This document shows positions 9,453-19,878 of a stretch of DNA of 64,000 bases, piece after piece; the stretch's first letter is position 1; every line of letters starts with the position of its first letter. Both the position numbers and the translations under genes were made by a program. This DNA comes from Oxalobacteraceae bacterium (GTDB lineage: Bacteria > Pseudomonadota > Gammaproteobacteria > Burkholderiales > Burkholderiaceae_D): NCBI GenBank assembly GCA_027483625.1, contig JAIXUJ010000021.1, forward strand, positions 20,690 to 84,689, in the 5' to 3' direction. The notes beneath the pieces are model-generated. The model did not search any database, was not told where the DNA came from, and worked only from the letters and a program-made list of their open reading frames with translations.

Positions 9453-12059
9453 ATGAAAACCAAGAACAAACAGTTGAAGATTAAGCAGGTAACGTTGTTG
9501 ATCGCCGGGATTTTTTCCGGTTCTGCTTACGCCCAGACGGAGGCGCCGACGGAAGTCACGGTGGTCGTGACGGGCTTGCGGGCGGGTATCGAGCGCAATC
9601 TGGATGACAAGCGTAAAGCCGTCAACGGCCTGGAGGTGATTTCGTCGACCGATATTGGTAAATTCCCGGACACCAACCTGTCCGAGTCCTTGCAGCGCAT
9701 CCCCGGCGTCACCATCATCCGTTCCGAGACGGGCGAGGGTAAGCAGGTCAATATTCGCGGTCTGGGACCAGACTTCTCGCGCAGCGAAGTTAACGGCGGT
9801 GGCGGTTTGAATAGCTTTGACTTTTCCGTGTTGCCGTCCGAACTGTTTTCTAAAGTCGAAGTAGAAAAATCGCCGACTGCCAAATCGATTGAAGGCGGTC
9901 TGGCCGGCACGATCCGCTCCGAAACCGCCAAGCCTTTCGATAGCGAAGGTTTGTCGGTGGTCGGCTCGGTGGGCGCGACGGCTGGCGAGTACGGCGGTGT
10001 GCGGCCACGCATGTTCTTCCAGGTGTCGAATAACTGGGATGACCAGTTCGGTCTGGCGATTTCCGCTGCCTCCTCCAAAACCCATCTGCGCTCCAGTCAG
10101 GTGTCCTTCGGAACCTGGGCGCCATTCCGCGCCGTGGCCAATGCTGCGGCGCTGGCCAGTGCGCCGGCCGCCTTGCTCGACGCAGCGACACCGCGCACCA
10201 CGGCGTTTTACAACTATGAAGAAGAACGTAAGAATCTGGGTCTGGCCGGCACTTTCCAGGCCCGGATTGGTAAGCAGGTCGATCTGACGCTGGACGTGAT
10301 TCACGCCAAGGTAGACGGTGCGCGCACCGACAACCGTCCGGATGCCCCACTGGAAGGCGATGTCAGTCTGCCGGTCAACTATACGATCGCCAATGGCGCG
10401 GTGACCAGCGCCACGTTCGCCGGGATTCAAAACCGGATCGGCACCAGCTTCCGTCCGAAAGAACAGAAACTCGATCAACAGGTGTTGCGCCTGAATGTGC
10501 ATCCCGATGATAGCTGGACGGTGTCGCCCAGCCTGTCGCATCAGGTGAGCGAAGTCAACGATACGCTGAACCTGTATTCGTTTGCGATCAATAATGCCGA
10601 TCTGAGCTATGTTGCCGGTGGTGATACGCCGTCCTTCTCGTCGTCCAAAACGAATTTCAGCACCCGCCCGGAAGCTTACGGTTTTAATGCGCTGGTATTT
10701 GATCGCAATAAAACCCGTATCAGCGATACCGCCGGTGCGGTGGATGTGGTCAAGAAGTTTTTCGGCAGCCCGATTAAGGCGGTCAACTTCGGGATGCGCA
10801 TGACCAAGAGCACCTCGACCTCGAACGGGGCCTCCTCGTTGTTGCTGAACAAGCCGGACAATTTCCAGAAGTTCGCCATTTCCAGCCCCTTCCATTTCTC
10901 CGGTGCGCCGGCCAATGTTCCGGCCAGCATCCTGGCGGTCGATGTCAGCAAAGGTAAAGCGGCGTTCGCCAGTAACACCGATGGCTTCCAGAACGGCACC
11001 GATTTTCTGGTGACGGATCACGGCGAAACGCGTAACTACACGGTGGAAGAAAAAACTTCTGCGGCGTATCTGAGCTCTGATATTACGATCGACAAGCTCG
11101 ACCTCAATCTGGGGCTGCGGGTGGTGCGTACCAGCACCGATGCCAGCGGTAACCAGCTGGTCGGCACGGTGCTGTCGCCGGTCAGTGCCAGCCATAGTTA
11201 CACCGATTTTCTGCCAGCGCTGAATACCCGCTACACCCTGTTCCAGGATGCCTATCTGCGTTCCAGCTACTCGCGCAGTCTGAACCGCCCGAAACTGGGC
11301 GACCTGAGCCCATCGCAAACCATCGACAACGGTGCGCTCACGGGCGTGCGCGGCAATCCGAAACTCGATCCGTATCGTGCCGATCAGTTTGATCTGGGCT
11401 TCGAATACTACTGGCGGAAAGGGGCCATGTTCCAGGCCACCTACTTCACCAAGCAGATCGGTTCGCTGATCTCGCAGGCCAGTGTGACGGAAATCGCGAC
11501 CTATCCCAAGCAGCTGACGGGCTTGCCGTTCACCGGTCCGATTTCGTTCACGCAACCGGTCAACGGGAATAGCGCGAAAGTGAACGGCATCGAGTTCGGC
11601 CTGACCAGCCCGTTCTACTTCGGTCCGGAATTCCTGCGTAAATTCGGCGCGGTGTTGAACTACACCTATGCCAATAGCAATGCTTCGGTGACCAGCAGCA
11701 CGGGTAAAACCACGGTGACGGCACTGCCGGGGCTGTCCAAAAACAGCGTGAATGCGGCGATCTATTACGACAAGGGCGGGCTGGACTCGCGTCTGGCGTA
11801 CACCTGGCGCGACGATTATCTGCGCAATGATGCGACCGGTGTGCAGTTTGGCGGCATGCGCTTTATCAAAGCCTATGGCCAGTTCGACTACTCCCTGAAT
11901 ATTCCGGTCACCAAGACCATCAAGATCGGCATTGATCTGCTGAACATTCTGGATACCAAAACCAAGGAATATTCGCTGCTCGGTAATGGCAACAAGATGG
12001 CCAGCAACATCACCGATAAGGAACGGACCTTACTGCTGTCCTTGCGTGGCAATCTGTAA
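9453..12059 (+). CDS. TonB-dependent receptor (carbohydrate-locus associated)
   Basis: The ATG at 9453 is preceded by GGAGAAGG. It has a signal peptide (SGSAYA|QT), a plug domain (VISSTDIGKFPDTNLSESLQRIPGV) and a large barrel. Confidence 0.9.
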   Translation: MKTKNKQLKIKQVTLLIAGIFSGSAYAQTEAPTEVTVVVTGLRAGIERNLDDKRKAVNGLEVISSTDIGKFPDTNLSESLQRIPGVTIIRSETGEGKQVNIRGLGPDFSRSEVNGGGGLNSFDFSVLPSELFSKVEVEKSPTAKSIEGGLAGTIRSETAKPFDSEGLSVVGSVGATAGEYGGVRPRMFFQVSNNWDDQFGLAISAASSKTHLRSSQVSFGTWAPFRAVANAAALASAPAALLDAATPRTTAFYNYEEERKNLGLAGTFQARIGKQVDLTLDVIHAKVDGARTDNRPDAPLEGDVSLPVNYTIANGAVTSATFAGIQNRIGTSFRPKEQKLDQQVLRLNVHPDDSWTVSPSLSHQVSEVNDTLNLYSFAINNADLSYVAGGDTPSFSSSKTNFSTRPEAYGFNALVFDRNKTRISDTAGAVDVVKKFFGSPIKAVNFGMRMTKSTSTSNGASSLLLNKPDNFQKFAISSPFHFSGAPANVPASILAVDVSKGKAAFASNTDGFQNGTDFLVTDHGETRNYTVEEKTSAAYLSSDITIDKLDLNLGLRVVRTSTDASGNQLVGTVLSPVSASHSYTDFLPALNTRYTLFQDAYLRSSYSRSLNRPKLGDLSPSQTIDNGALTGVRGNPKLDPYRADQFDLGFEYYWRKGAMFQATYFTKQIGSLISQASVTEIATYPKQLTGLPFTGPISFTQPVNGNSAKVNGIEFGLTSPFYFGPEFLRKFGAVLNYTYANSNASVTSSTGKTTVTALPGLSKNSVNAAIYYDKGGLDSRLAYTWRDDYLRNDATGVQFGGMRFIKAYGQFDYSLNIPVTKTIKIGIDLLNILDTKTKEYSLLGNGNKMASNITDKERTLLLSLRGNL

Positions 12060-12160
12060 GCCCTGATCCGGCTGTGTAGGGAAAACCACTGGGCTGACAT
12101 GCGTAATGTCGGCCCATTTCAATGCGTCAGGTTTGGTGATGATTACTTGAGAGGTCATAG

Positions 12161-15100
12161 ATGAAAACAATTGCACAACTTAGCTCGATCGCCGGGGTGT
12201 TAGCCTTGCTGTACGGTTGCGGTGGGCAAGGTGAAGGTCAGGCCGGCAGCGCCGGCGAAGCGCGCTTACGGCAGGGGGATTCCCTCGCTGCTGCCCACCA
12301 GTTCGGCAATGTCAGTGCGGTCAACGCACTGTCGCCGAATACCTTTGAAGTGGACATGTCGGGCGAGAAGATCAAGATCCAGTTTTACCGGCCGGATGTG
12401 ATCAAGCTGCACCTGCCGCAAGGCGGCGCCTACACGGAAGAAACCGGCACCAAGATCGTTGACTATCAACCGGACGATTCGGTGGTGGTGACTAAGTCGG
12501 ATGCCGGTGCCTACATCAAACTCGAAAGTAGCGAGATTGTGCTGCGGGTCTATAAAAGCCCGATGCGTCTAGCGGCCTATAAAAAAGATAATCAGAGCCT
12601 GATCTGGGAAGAAAAAACACCGCTGTCGATCGCGCCGGGCGCCATCACGCAAACCTTCACGCATCAGGACGGCGAAGCCATTTATGGCGGTGGCATGATT
12701 AACGGCGAGTTCACCCATACCGGAAAAGTCGTGCCCATCGTGAATGGCAATGTGACCCAGTCCGATAACGGTGTCAATTCCAATCCGGTGCCGTTTTTCA
12801 TGAGTAGTAATGGCTATGGGGTTTTACGCAATACCTTCGCTTATGGTGTGTATGACTTCAGCAGTGATCTGACGATCACGCATGACAGCGGCCAATTCAA
12901 TACCTACATCTTCATGGGCGGCTCGCTCAGGAAAGTCCTGGAACACTATACCCAGGCGACCGGACGGGCACCGCTGATCCCGCATTGGGGGCTGGGCTAT
13001 GGTGACGCCAATTGCTATAACAAGAGCAGTGGCCCGAAACTGGGCGATCTGTATGCGATCGCCAAGAATTACGTGAACCAGGGCTTCCCGCGCGGCTGGT
13101 TCCTGCCCAATGACGGTTATGGCTGTGGTTACACGGATCTGGCATCGACGGTGCAGACACTGGCCGCCGACTTTTTCCACACCGGTCTGTGGACCGAAAA
13201 TGATGTGACCAAAATCGCCCTTGAGGTGGGCACCTATGGCTCGCGTCTGGTCAAGACTGACGTGGCCTGGGTGGGCAGGAGTGTGGCCGGCTATAGCGGT
13301 CGCGAATACTCGCTGGAAGCACAGAAAAAATCCTACGAGGGCATTGAAAACAACTCCAGTGAACGTGGCATGGTGATGTCGATTCTCGGCTGGGCAGGCA
13401 GCCAGCGCTATGCCGCCGTGTGGCCCGGTGATAACTACGGTACCTGGGACAAGATCGCGTTCGAAATCCCGGCCGTGGTGGGCGCCGGCCTGTCCGGCAT
13501 GAACTATTCTGCGGTCGACGTGGACGGCATCTTTGGCGGTAGCCCGAAAACCTATGTGCGGCAAATGCAGTGGGCATCGTGGATCAGCATGATGTATGGC
13601 ATGTCCGGCTGGGCCGCGCAGAACCGTCAGCCGTGGGTGCATGGTGAACCCTATACCGGCTATAACAAGGCCGCGCTGGTGTTGCGCGAAAAACTCAAAC
13701 CGTATTTCTATACCTATCTGCGGGAAGCGCAGGATACCGGTGCGCCGCTGGTGCGCAGTACCGCGTTCGAGTTTGAAGGGGACCGGCTGGCGCGCGAAAA
13801 ACTGTTCGATCAGCAGTTTCTTTCCGGGCCAGCGTTCCTGATCGCGCCGGTGGTGCAGGATGCGGAAGTCCGTGACAATATCTATCTGCCGCGCGCCAAG
13901 TGGATCGATTACTGGGATGGTACGGTCTACTATGGTTCCAAGCTGTTAAATGGCTATGCAGCGCCGCTGTCGAAAATTCCCGTGTTTGTGCGCGGCGGCT
14001 CGATTATTCCCATGAACGAAGAACTGAATGCGAATTTCGAACCGAACAAGGCCAAGCTGACCATCGAAGTCTATCCCTACAAGAATTCGAGTTTCAGTCT
14101 GTACGAGGATGACGGCATTTCGAAGTTACACCGTAGCGGACAATTTGCCCGTACTTTGATCGAGGCCAGCGAGCCGGGCGCGGCAGACAGCGCGCTGACC
14201 ATCAAGCTGGGCGCGACCAGCGGCAGCTATCAGGGGCAAAGTGCCAGTCGCGAGTACAAGGTGGTGGCGTTTGTGAAGACGGCACCTACGAGCGTACTGG
14301 TGAATGGCGCCAGTGCGCAACGGCTCGAGAGCAAAGCGGCGCTGGAGGCTGCCAGTTCCGGCTGGTTCTATGACAGTACGCTGAAAGGCGGTGCGTTGCT
14401 GGTCAAGCCGGGCTCGCGCCCGATCAGCGTGGCCACGGAGATCAAAGCCTACGGTCTGCAGGCCGATACCACGCCGCTGGCCGATGACTTTGGCGCGACG
14501 GCGCTGGCACCGAATACGCTTGCGGGCGCCTCGGCGTCGTCCAGCACGGCCGCCGGTCCGGCAACGGCTGCCTTTGACGGTAATGCTGCAACGGACTGGG
14601 TATCTGCCGGTCTCACTAGCGGTGGCAGCCAGTATGCGCAGACGGCCATCACGACTTTCCAGACGGTGAATGCGGTGCAATACACACCTTCGGCGACCGG
14701 TAAGGGACGCATTACCGCCTACGAGGTGTACACCAGCGATGATAACCTCAACTTCAAGCTGGTCAGTTCGGGCACGTGGGCCAATGATGCGAGTACCAAA
14801 AAGGCCAGCTTTAATGCCACGCTGACGCGCTATGTCCGGCTGGTGGCCAAGGCCAGTAGCGATAGCTATGTCGCTGCCGCCGAAATTTCGCTGGGGCGGC
14901 CACTCGGCACCGATCCCGCTATTGTTCCGGCCGCTGCGTTCACGATCAGTGCCTCGTCGACCCAGACGGGCACGCCGGCTACTGCGCTGGTCGATGGCAA
15001 CCCTGCCAGCATCTGGCACTCGCTGTGGAGTACGCCGACTGTTTCAGCAAGCAATCCGCTTACTCTGAATCTGCAATTTGCGCGGGCCACCCAGATCAGT

Positions 15101-16174
15101 GCCATCAAATATCTGCCGCGTCAGGACGGCGGCACCAACGGCATCATCACCGCCTACAGCTTGCTGGGCAGTAGCGATGGGATCAACTTCAGCTTGCTCA
15201 AAGACGGCACGCTGGCCGCCGATAAGTCGATGAAGACCATTGCATTTGCGGGGCCGCCACTGGTGGCGCTGCGACTGCAAATTACCGGTGGCGTAGGCGG
15301 CTTTGCTTCCGGCGCCGAGCTGCAGGTGGTGCGTGATCTGGCGCCGAAAAGTAAAGTCGTGGCCGACGGTGTGACCGCGGTGGCCGATACCGAGCAGTCC
15401 GGCGAAGAGGCTAAAAATGCCATCGACGGTAGCGAGGGCAGCATGTGGCACTCGAACTATAGTCAGGCCACGCTGCCAGCCGGAATTACGATTGCGTTGA
15501 AGAAAAATCGCATCGTTAACGCACTCAGTTACCTGCCGCGGCAGGATCAGGGTGATAACGGGAAAATCACCCAGTATCAGGTTCTGCTCAGTAATGACGG
15601 GGTCAACTTCACGGCGGTGAAAACCGGCAGCTTCCTGCTGGACCGGATGGAAAAAGTAGTGCAGTTCCCGGCACAGCGGGCATCCTTCGTGCGGCTGGTG
15701 GCCAGTGCTGCGGTGGGTAACTATGTTTCCGCTGCGGAGCTGAAAGTCTACGAGGATCTGAGTGTGCCGAATGCGCCGTTCAGTCAGGCGGGCTTTTCGG
15801 TGAGCGCCAGCAGTAGCGCAGCGGGGCAGGAAATTGCCAAACTCAAGGATGGCAATCCGACGACTTACTGGGCCAGTGTGGCGGGCAGTGCCTTGCCGGT
15901 ATCGGTGACCACCGACTTTGGCGCGGCCAGGACGGTTTCAGGGGTATTGCTGCAGCCTTACACGAGTGCCAGTCCAACCCCGTATATCACCGGATGCGAG
16001 GTGCAGGTGAGTCTGGACGGCACGAACTTTGTGAGTGTGGCGAACGCGAATCTGGCGACCAATCAGGCAGAAAAAAATATCGGCTTCGCACCGGTCAGCG
16101 CCCGTTATGTGCGCATTCTGGCGAACCGCAGTAGCGGGAACTATGTCTCGCTGGGGGAATTGAACTTCTATTAA
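12161..16174 (+). CDS. Lipoprotein glycoside hydrolase family 31 with four C-terminal F5/8 type C (discoidin/CBM32-like) modules
   Basis: It has a lipobox (LLYGC), a GH31 nucleophile region (LVKTDVAWVG, compare YicI FKTDFGE) and a WPGDN motif. Four repeats follow, each with DGNxxTxW ... YLPRQD...NGxIxxY ... SAAE(L/I). Confidence 0.85.
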   Translation: MKTIAQLSSIAGVLALLYGCGGQGEGQAGSAGEARLRQGDSLAAAHQFGNVSAVNALSPNTFEVDMSGEKIKIQFYRPDVIKLHLPQGGAYTEETGTKIVDYQPDDSVVVTKSDAGAYIKLESSEIVLRVYKSPMRLAAYKKDNQSLIWEEKTPLSIAPGAITQTFTHQDGEAIYGGGMINGEFTHTGKVVPIVNGNVTQSDNGVNSNPVPFFMSSNGYGVLRNTFAYGVYDFSSDLTITHDSGQFNTYIFMGGSLRKVLEHYTQATGRAPLIPHWGLGYGDANCYNKSSGPKLGDLYAIAKNYVNQGFPRGWFLPNDGYGCGYTDLASTVQTLAADFFHTGLWTENDVTKIALEVGTYGSRLVKTDVAWVGRSVAGYSGREYSLEAQKKSYEGIENNSSERGMVMSILGWAGSQRYAAVWPGDNYGTWDKIAFEIPAVVGAGLSGMNYSAVDVDGIFGGSPKTYVRQMQWASWISMMYGMSGWAAQNRQPWVHGEPYTGYNKAALVLREKLKPYFYTYLREAQDTGAPLVRSTAFEFEGDRLAREKLFDQQFLSGPAFLIAPVVQDAEVRDNIYLPRAKWIDYWDGTVYYGSKLLNGYAAPLSKIPVFVRGGSIIPMNEELNANFEPNKAKLTIEVYPYKNSSFSLYEDDGISKLHRSGQFARTLIEASEPGAADSALTIKLGATSGSYQGQSASREYKVVAFVKTAPTSVLVNGASAQRLESKAALEAASSGWFYDSTLKGGALLVKPGSRPISVATEIKAYGLQADTTPLADDFGATALAPNTLAGASASSSTAAGPATAAFDGNAATDWVSAGLTSGGSQYAQTAITTFQTVNAVQYTPSATGKGRITAYEVYTSDDNLNFKLVSSGTWANDASTKKASFNATLTRYVRLVAKASSDSYVAAAEISLGRPLGTDPAIVPAAAFTISASSTQTGTPATALVDGNPASIWHSLWSTPTVSASNPLTLNLQFARATQISAIKYLPRQDGGTNGIITAYSLLGSSDGINFSLLKDGTLAADKSMKTIAFAGPPLVALRLQITGGVGGFASGAELQVVRDLAPKSKVVADGVTAVADTEQSGEEAKNAIDGSEGSMWHSNYSQATLPAGITIALKKNRIVNALSYLPRQDQGDNGKITQYQVLLSNDGVNFTAVKTGSFLLDRMEKVVQFPAQRASFVRLVASAAVGNYVSAAELKVYEDLSVPNAPFSQAGFSVSASSSAAGQEIAKLKDGNPTTYWASVAGSALPVSVTTDFGAARTVSGVLLQPYTSASPTPYITGCEVQVSLDGTNFVSVANANLATNQAEKNIGFAPVSARYVRILANRSSGNYVSLGELNFY

Positions 16175-16204
16175 ATCCTTCATGGCTGGCCAGTGCCAGT
16201 TTTC

Positions 16205-16240
16205 AGCGGTAGCGCCTATCCGGCGCTACCGCTTTTTTTT
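16205..16240 (+). terminator. Rho-independent terminator after the GH31 gene
   Basis: AGCGGTAGCGCC-tatcc-GGCGCTACCGCT followed by T8. Confidence 0.8.
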
Positions 16241-16246
16241 AACGCT

Positions 16247-18295
16247 TTACCACATGATGACGCGCTGCTCTGGTGGCAGATACATCGGGTCGCCCGGCTT
16301 GATGTCAAACGCCTGATAGAAGCCCGGCTGGTTCATCACCGTGCCTTTGGCGCGGAACTCGCCCGGCGAATGCGGATCGCTCTTGATCTGGGCGATTGCC
16401 GCTTCCGGACGCAGCTTGGCGCGCCACTTGGTGGCGAAACCGATGTACAGACGCTGCTCGCCGGTCAGACCATCGAGTACTGGCGACGGCTTGCCGCCCA
16501 GCGAACGCTGGTAGGCCTGATAGGTGATCGACAGGCCGGAGTTGTCGCCGATGTTTTCACCCAGCGTCAGTTCGCCGTTGATGAAGTAGCCCGGTACCGG
16601 GCTATAGGCGCCATACTGTTTCACCAGACCGGCAGCGCGCTCCTTGAAGGCGCGGCGATCTTCCACCGTCCACCAGTTGCGCAGCCGGCCTTTGGCATCG
16701 TACTGGCTGCCGGAGTCGTCGAAGGCGTGGCTGATCTCGTGGCCGAAGGTAATTCCCAGCAGGCCGTAGTTGACCGCATCTTCCGCTTTCACGTTGAAGA
16801 ACGGCGGTTGCAGAATCGCGGCCGGAATGGTGATCGAGTTCAGCGCCGGGCTGTAGCTGGCGTTGACGGTTTGCGGCGTCATCGACCATTCGTCACGGTC
16901 GACTTCCTTACCCAGCTTGTCGAAGTTCTGCTGACGGCTCCAGCTGCGCACGGCGCGCACGTTGGCGATCAGGTCATGCGACTGGGTTTTCATGGCGCTG
17001 TAGTCGCGCCATTTTTCCGGGTAGGCGATCTTCGGTTTCAGTGCAGCCAGTTTGAGCTGGGCTTCCTGTTTGGTTTCCGGGCCCATCCAGTCGAGCTTTT
17101 CGATGCCGTCCTTGAACGAGGCCACGAAATTGTTGAACATGGCCATCACGCGTGGCTTGGTTTCCGGCGGCAGGTACATCTGCACATACAGTTTGCCGAC
17201 CGCGTCGCCCAGCGCGCCATCGGTGAAGCGCAGCGCCAGTTGCCACAGCGGTTCGCTTTGCGGTACGCCGCGCAGCACCGTGCCGTCGAAGGCAAAGCGC
17301 TCCTTGACGGTGTCGGTGTCGAGATAGGCGGCATAGCTGTCGATGATGCGCCAGTTGAAGTAGCTCTTCCATGCGTCCAGCGGCACGGCCGTGATCAGGT
17401 CCGACAGGCCGGTCAGGTAGCTGGGCTGGCGCACCACGGCGGAATTGGCTTTGCTGGCCAGACCCATGGCCTTGAAGTAAGCCGGCCAGTCAAACGCTGG
17501 CGCCAGTGCGCCGAACTGGTCGAACGCGACGCGGTTGTAGGATTTGACGGGATCGCGCATCTGCACGCGGGTCCATTGCGCAGCGGCCAGACGGGTTTCG
17601 ATGTCGAGCACCTGCGCGGCATGTTCGTCAGCGGCTTTGTCGCCGCTACGTGCCAGCATGGTTGCGACATGTTTCAGATATTTGGCACGTACGGCGCTCA
17701 GTTTGGCGTCGTCGGTTTTGAGGTAGTAATCGCGGTCCGGCAGTCCCAGGCCGGACTGGCTGACGTTGACGGTGTAGTGTTCCGGGTCCTGCGCATCGGG
17801 CGCTACGCCGGTGCCGATCGGGGTCTGGATGCCTTGCAGTTGCAGGTAGGCGAACAGGGCTGGCAGCTGCTGTTTGTCTTGCAGGCTGGCGACGCGGGCC
17901 AGATCGCTACGCAGCGGCTTGAAGCCTGCTGCATCGCGCGCTTTGACGTTCATGTAGCTGCTGTACAGGTCGGCGATCTTGTGGGTTTCGCTACCGGCTT
18001 TGCCGGGTTTTTTCAGGGTGGTTTCGATCAGCGTGCGCAGCTGGCCCTGCGCCGTTTCGCGCAGTTCGGTGTAGGTGCCCCAGGTCGATTTGTCGGCCGG
18101 GATCTCGGTGTTGCGGGTCCAGACGCCGTTGACGTAGCCGTAGAAGTCGTCCTGTGGACGGACGGCGGTATCCAGCGATTTCGGGTCGATGCCCGAAACC
18201 AGGGCGGTATTGCCATGGGCTTGCTGGGCATGCAGCGAGGGGGCGGAGAAGGCGAGGAGGGCGCAGCAGGCGGCGCTGATAAGCGTGCGGTTCAT
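16247..18295 (-). CDS. M13-family zinc metallopeptidase (PepO / endothelin-converting-enzyme-like)
   Basis: 682 aa with a signal peptide, HEISHAFD (HExxH) and a C-terminal ...RVIMW, typical of M13. Confidence 0.9.
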   Translation of the reverse strand: MNRTLISAACCALLAFSAPSLHAQQAHGNTALVSGIDPKSLDTAVRPQDDFYGYVNGVWTRNTEIPADKSTWGTYTELRETAQGQLRTLIETTLKKPGKAGSETHKIADLYSSYMNVKARDAAGFKPLRSDLARVASLQDKQQLPALFAYLQLQGIQTPIGTGVAPDAQDPEHYTVNVSQSGLGLPDRDYYLKTDDAKLSAVRAKYLKHVATMLARSGDKAADEHAAQVLDIETRLAAAQWTRVQMRDPVKSYNRVAFDQFGALAPAFDWPAYFKAMGLASKANSAVVRQPSYLTGLSDLITAVPLDAWKSYFNWRIIDSYAAYLDTDTVKERFAFDGTVLRGVPQSEPLWQLALRFTDGALGDAVGKLYVQMYLPPETKPRVMAMFNNFVASFKDGIEKLDWMGPETKQEAQLKLAALKPKIAYPEKWRDYSAMKTQSHDLIANVRAVRSWSRQQNFDKLGKEVDRDEWSMTPQTVNASYSPALNSITIPAAILQPPFFNVKAEDAVNYGLLGITFGHEISHAFDDSGSQYDAKGRLRNWWTVEDRRAFKERAAGLVKQYGAYSPVPGYFINGELTLGENIGDNSGLSITYQAYQRSLGGKPSPVLDGLTGEQRLYIGFATKWRAKLRPEAAIAQIKSDPHSPGEFRAKGTVMNQPGFYQAFDIKPGDPMYLPPEQRVIMW

Positions 18296-18482
18296 GGTGT
18301 TCCTTTAGGTAGACTTGAGGCTGGACAGGATCGGCTGTCCCGGCCCGTGGCGGCGATTATACCGACAGAACAAGCCTCATCTATGCTGGAACTGCTGCTG
18401 GCTATGTATTGTTTTGTATCGTACTTTTTCTAGATGTTGTTGGCTGCTACAAGCGCACTTTTGCAGCAGCCTTGTGCAGTTG

Positions 18483-19151
18483 TCAGCTTTCTTGCGGTAG
18501 CTGATCAATCTGCCGCTGTAGCTTGCTGGCCGCATAGCGGTTGATCAGGGCCACAATCAGCAGCACCGCCGCGATGGCCAGATTGGCATACAGCCCGCGT
18601 GCGAAGGGGGCCGTGGCATCGAGCTGGGTTTCTACGCCCCAGCGGAACACCACTACTCCGGGGACCAGCGGCCCGACATACCATGCCCAGACCGAGCGCA
18701 GTGCATCACGCTGGCGTTCCAGTTGCAGGCGGTGGAAGGTCAGCCCCGGCAGGGCCGGCGAGGCGGCCGGGCTCGAGGCTCGCCGATGCAGCTGCCATGC
18801 CACGTAGACGGTGCCGGCGATCACCAGCGCGCTGCCGAGGCGCATCAGGGACTGCGGAAATTCCATAAAATACCTGCCGAAGCCGACGATCACCAGTAGA
18901 CAGGCCAGATACTCGAGGCCATTTCGCAGGCGCACGTGGCGTTGCAGCGCGCGGGATTTTTTGTGTAGCTCCTGCAGTGACAGTGTGGTGCGGGGCTGTT
19001 CCTGTGTTTGCCACAGTGCCAGATGTACTTCCTGCAGCAGCTCGCGCCGTCGCGCCGGATCGCGCTCGTAGCCTGCCGTGAAACGGGCGATATCGGGGCC
19101 GTAGTCGCGGGCCGCCTGTTCGTAGAGAGAGTATTGGTGTGTGCTGTTCAT
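18483..19151 (-). CDS. Hypothetical multi-pass membrane protein with an ECF-sigma region-2-like N-terminus
   Basis: 222 aa. The N-terminus (LYEQAARDYGPDIARFTAGYERDPARRRELLQEVHLALW) resembles sigma-70 region 2.1/2.2. Regions 2.3-4 are absent and about 4 hydrophobic helices follow. Confidence 0.5.
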   Translation of the reverse strand: MNSTHQYSLYEQAARDYGPDIARFTAGYERDPARRRELLQEVHLALWQTQEQPRTTLSLQELHKKSRALQRHVRLRNGLEYLACLLVIVGFGRYFMEFPQSLMRLGSALVIAGTVYVAWQLHRRASSPAASPALPGLTFHRLQLERQRDALRSVWAWYVGPLVPGVVVFRWGVETQLDATAPFARGLYANLAIAAVLLIVALINRYAASKLQRQIDQLPQES

Positions 19152-19181
19152 AACTAGGTAGTCATGCGTCAGCCGGATTTC

Positions 19182-19646
19182 TTACAAACTTGGGGGAACA
19201 ATTGTCTTGCGCATGAAAACGCTGTTCGGATCTTCCAGATAATCGCCGAATGGCCCGCAAAGGCTGTAACCGCAGCGCTGGTAGAGCGTAATGGCGTCGG
19301 TTTGCAGATAGCCGGTTTCCAGCGTAAAGGCGTGGCAGCCGCGCGTCTGCGCCTCGGCTTCCAGAAATGCCAGCAGGCGGCGCGCCAGACCCTGACCGCG
19401 CTGCGCGGGGCTGGTGTACATGCGTTTCAATTCGCCGTAGTCCGCTTCGAGGACGATGGCGCCACAGGCCACGGCCACGCCGGCGTCGCTACGAACCACG
19501 CCAAACAGCACATTCGGCTGCTCAAGTACGCCTATATCCACGCCATGATGGCTTTCGGCCGGGTAGAGCGGGATCTGGTAGTCATCGAGTTCCTGAATGA
19601 GCTGGCGGACGTCGGGCTGATTGGGCGATTCGAGGGTAATGTTCAT
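19182..19646 (-). CDS. GNAT-family N-acetyltransferase
   Basis: Start taken at MNITLES. Acetyl-CoA motif RGQGLARRLL and a C-terminal ITLYQRCGY. Confidence 0.75.
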   Translation of the reverse strand: MNITLESPNQPDVRQLIQELDDYQIPLYPAESHHGVDIGVLEQPNVLFGVVRSDAGVAVACGAIVLEADYGELKRMYTSPAQRGQGLARRLLAFLEAEAQTRGCHAFTLETGYLQTDAITLYQRCGYSLCGPFGDYLEDPNSVFMRKTIVPPSL

Positions 19647-19878
19647 CGGCGATGCGGGGCTAATGGTGGTCGGGATGGTGCGCGTCACCCCGGGCGCGAG
19701 CCCGGGGCAGGCCGCTAACTTTAGCATGAAGCGCAGGCTGGGTTATGCTGTAGTCTGCGATTCGGCGCCTGTGCAAGAGTTGGAGAGTATTGGGCTGCGT
19801 ATCGAGCGTTAAAATCAGGCGTTAGAATCACCGTACGCCCGCCGCACGGAGTTGGCGGGCACGGTTGGATATTGAATC

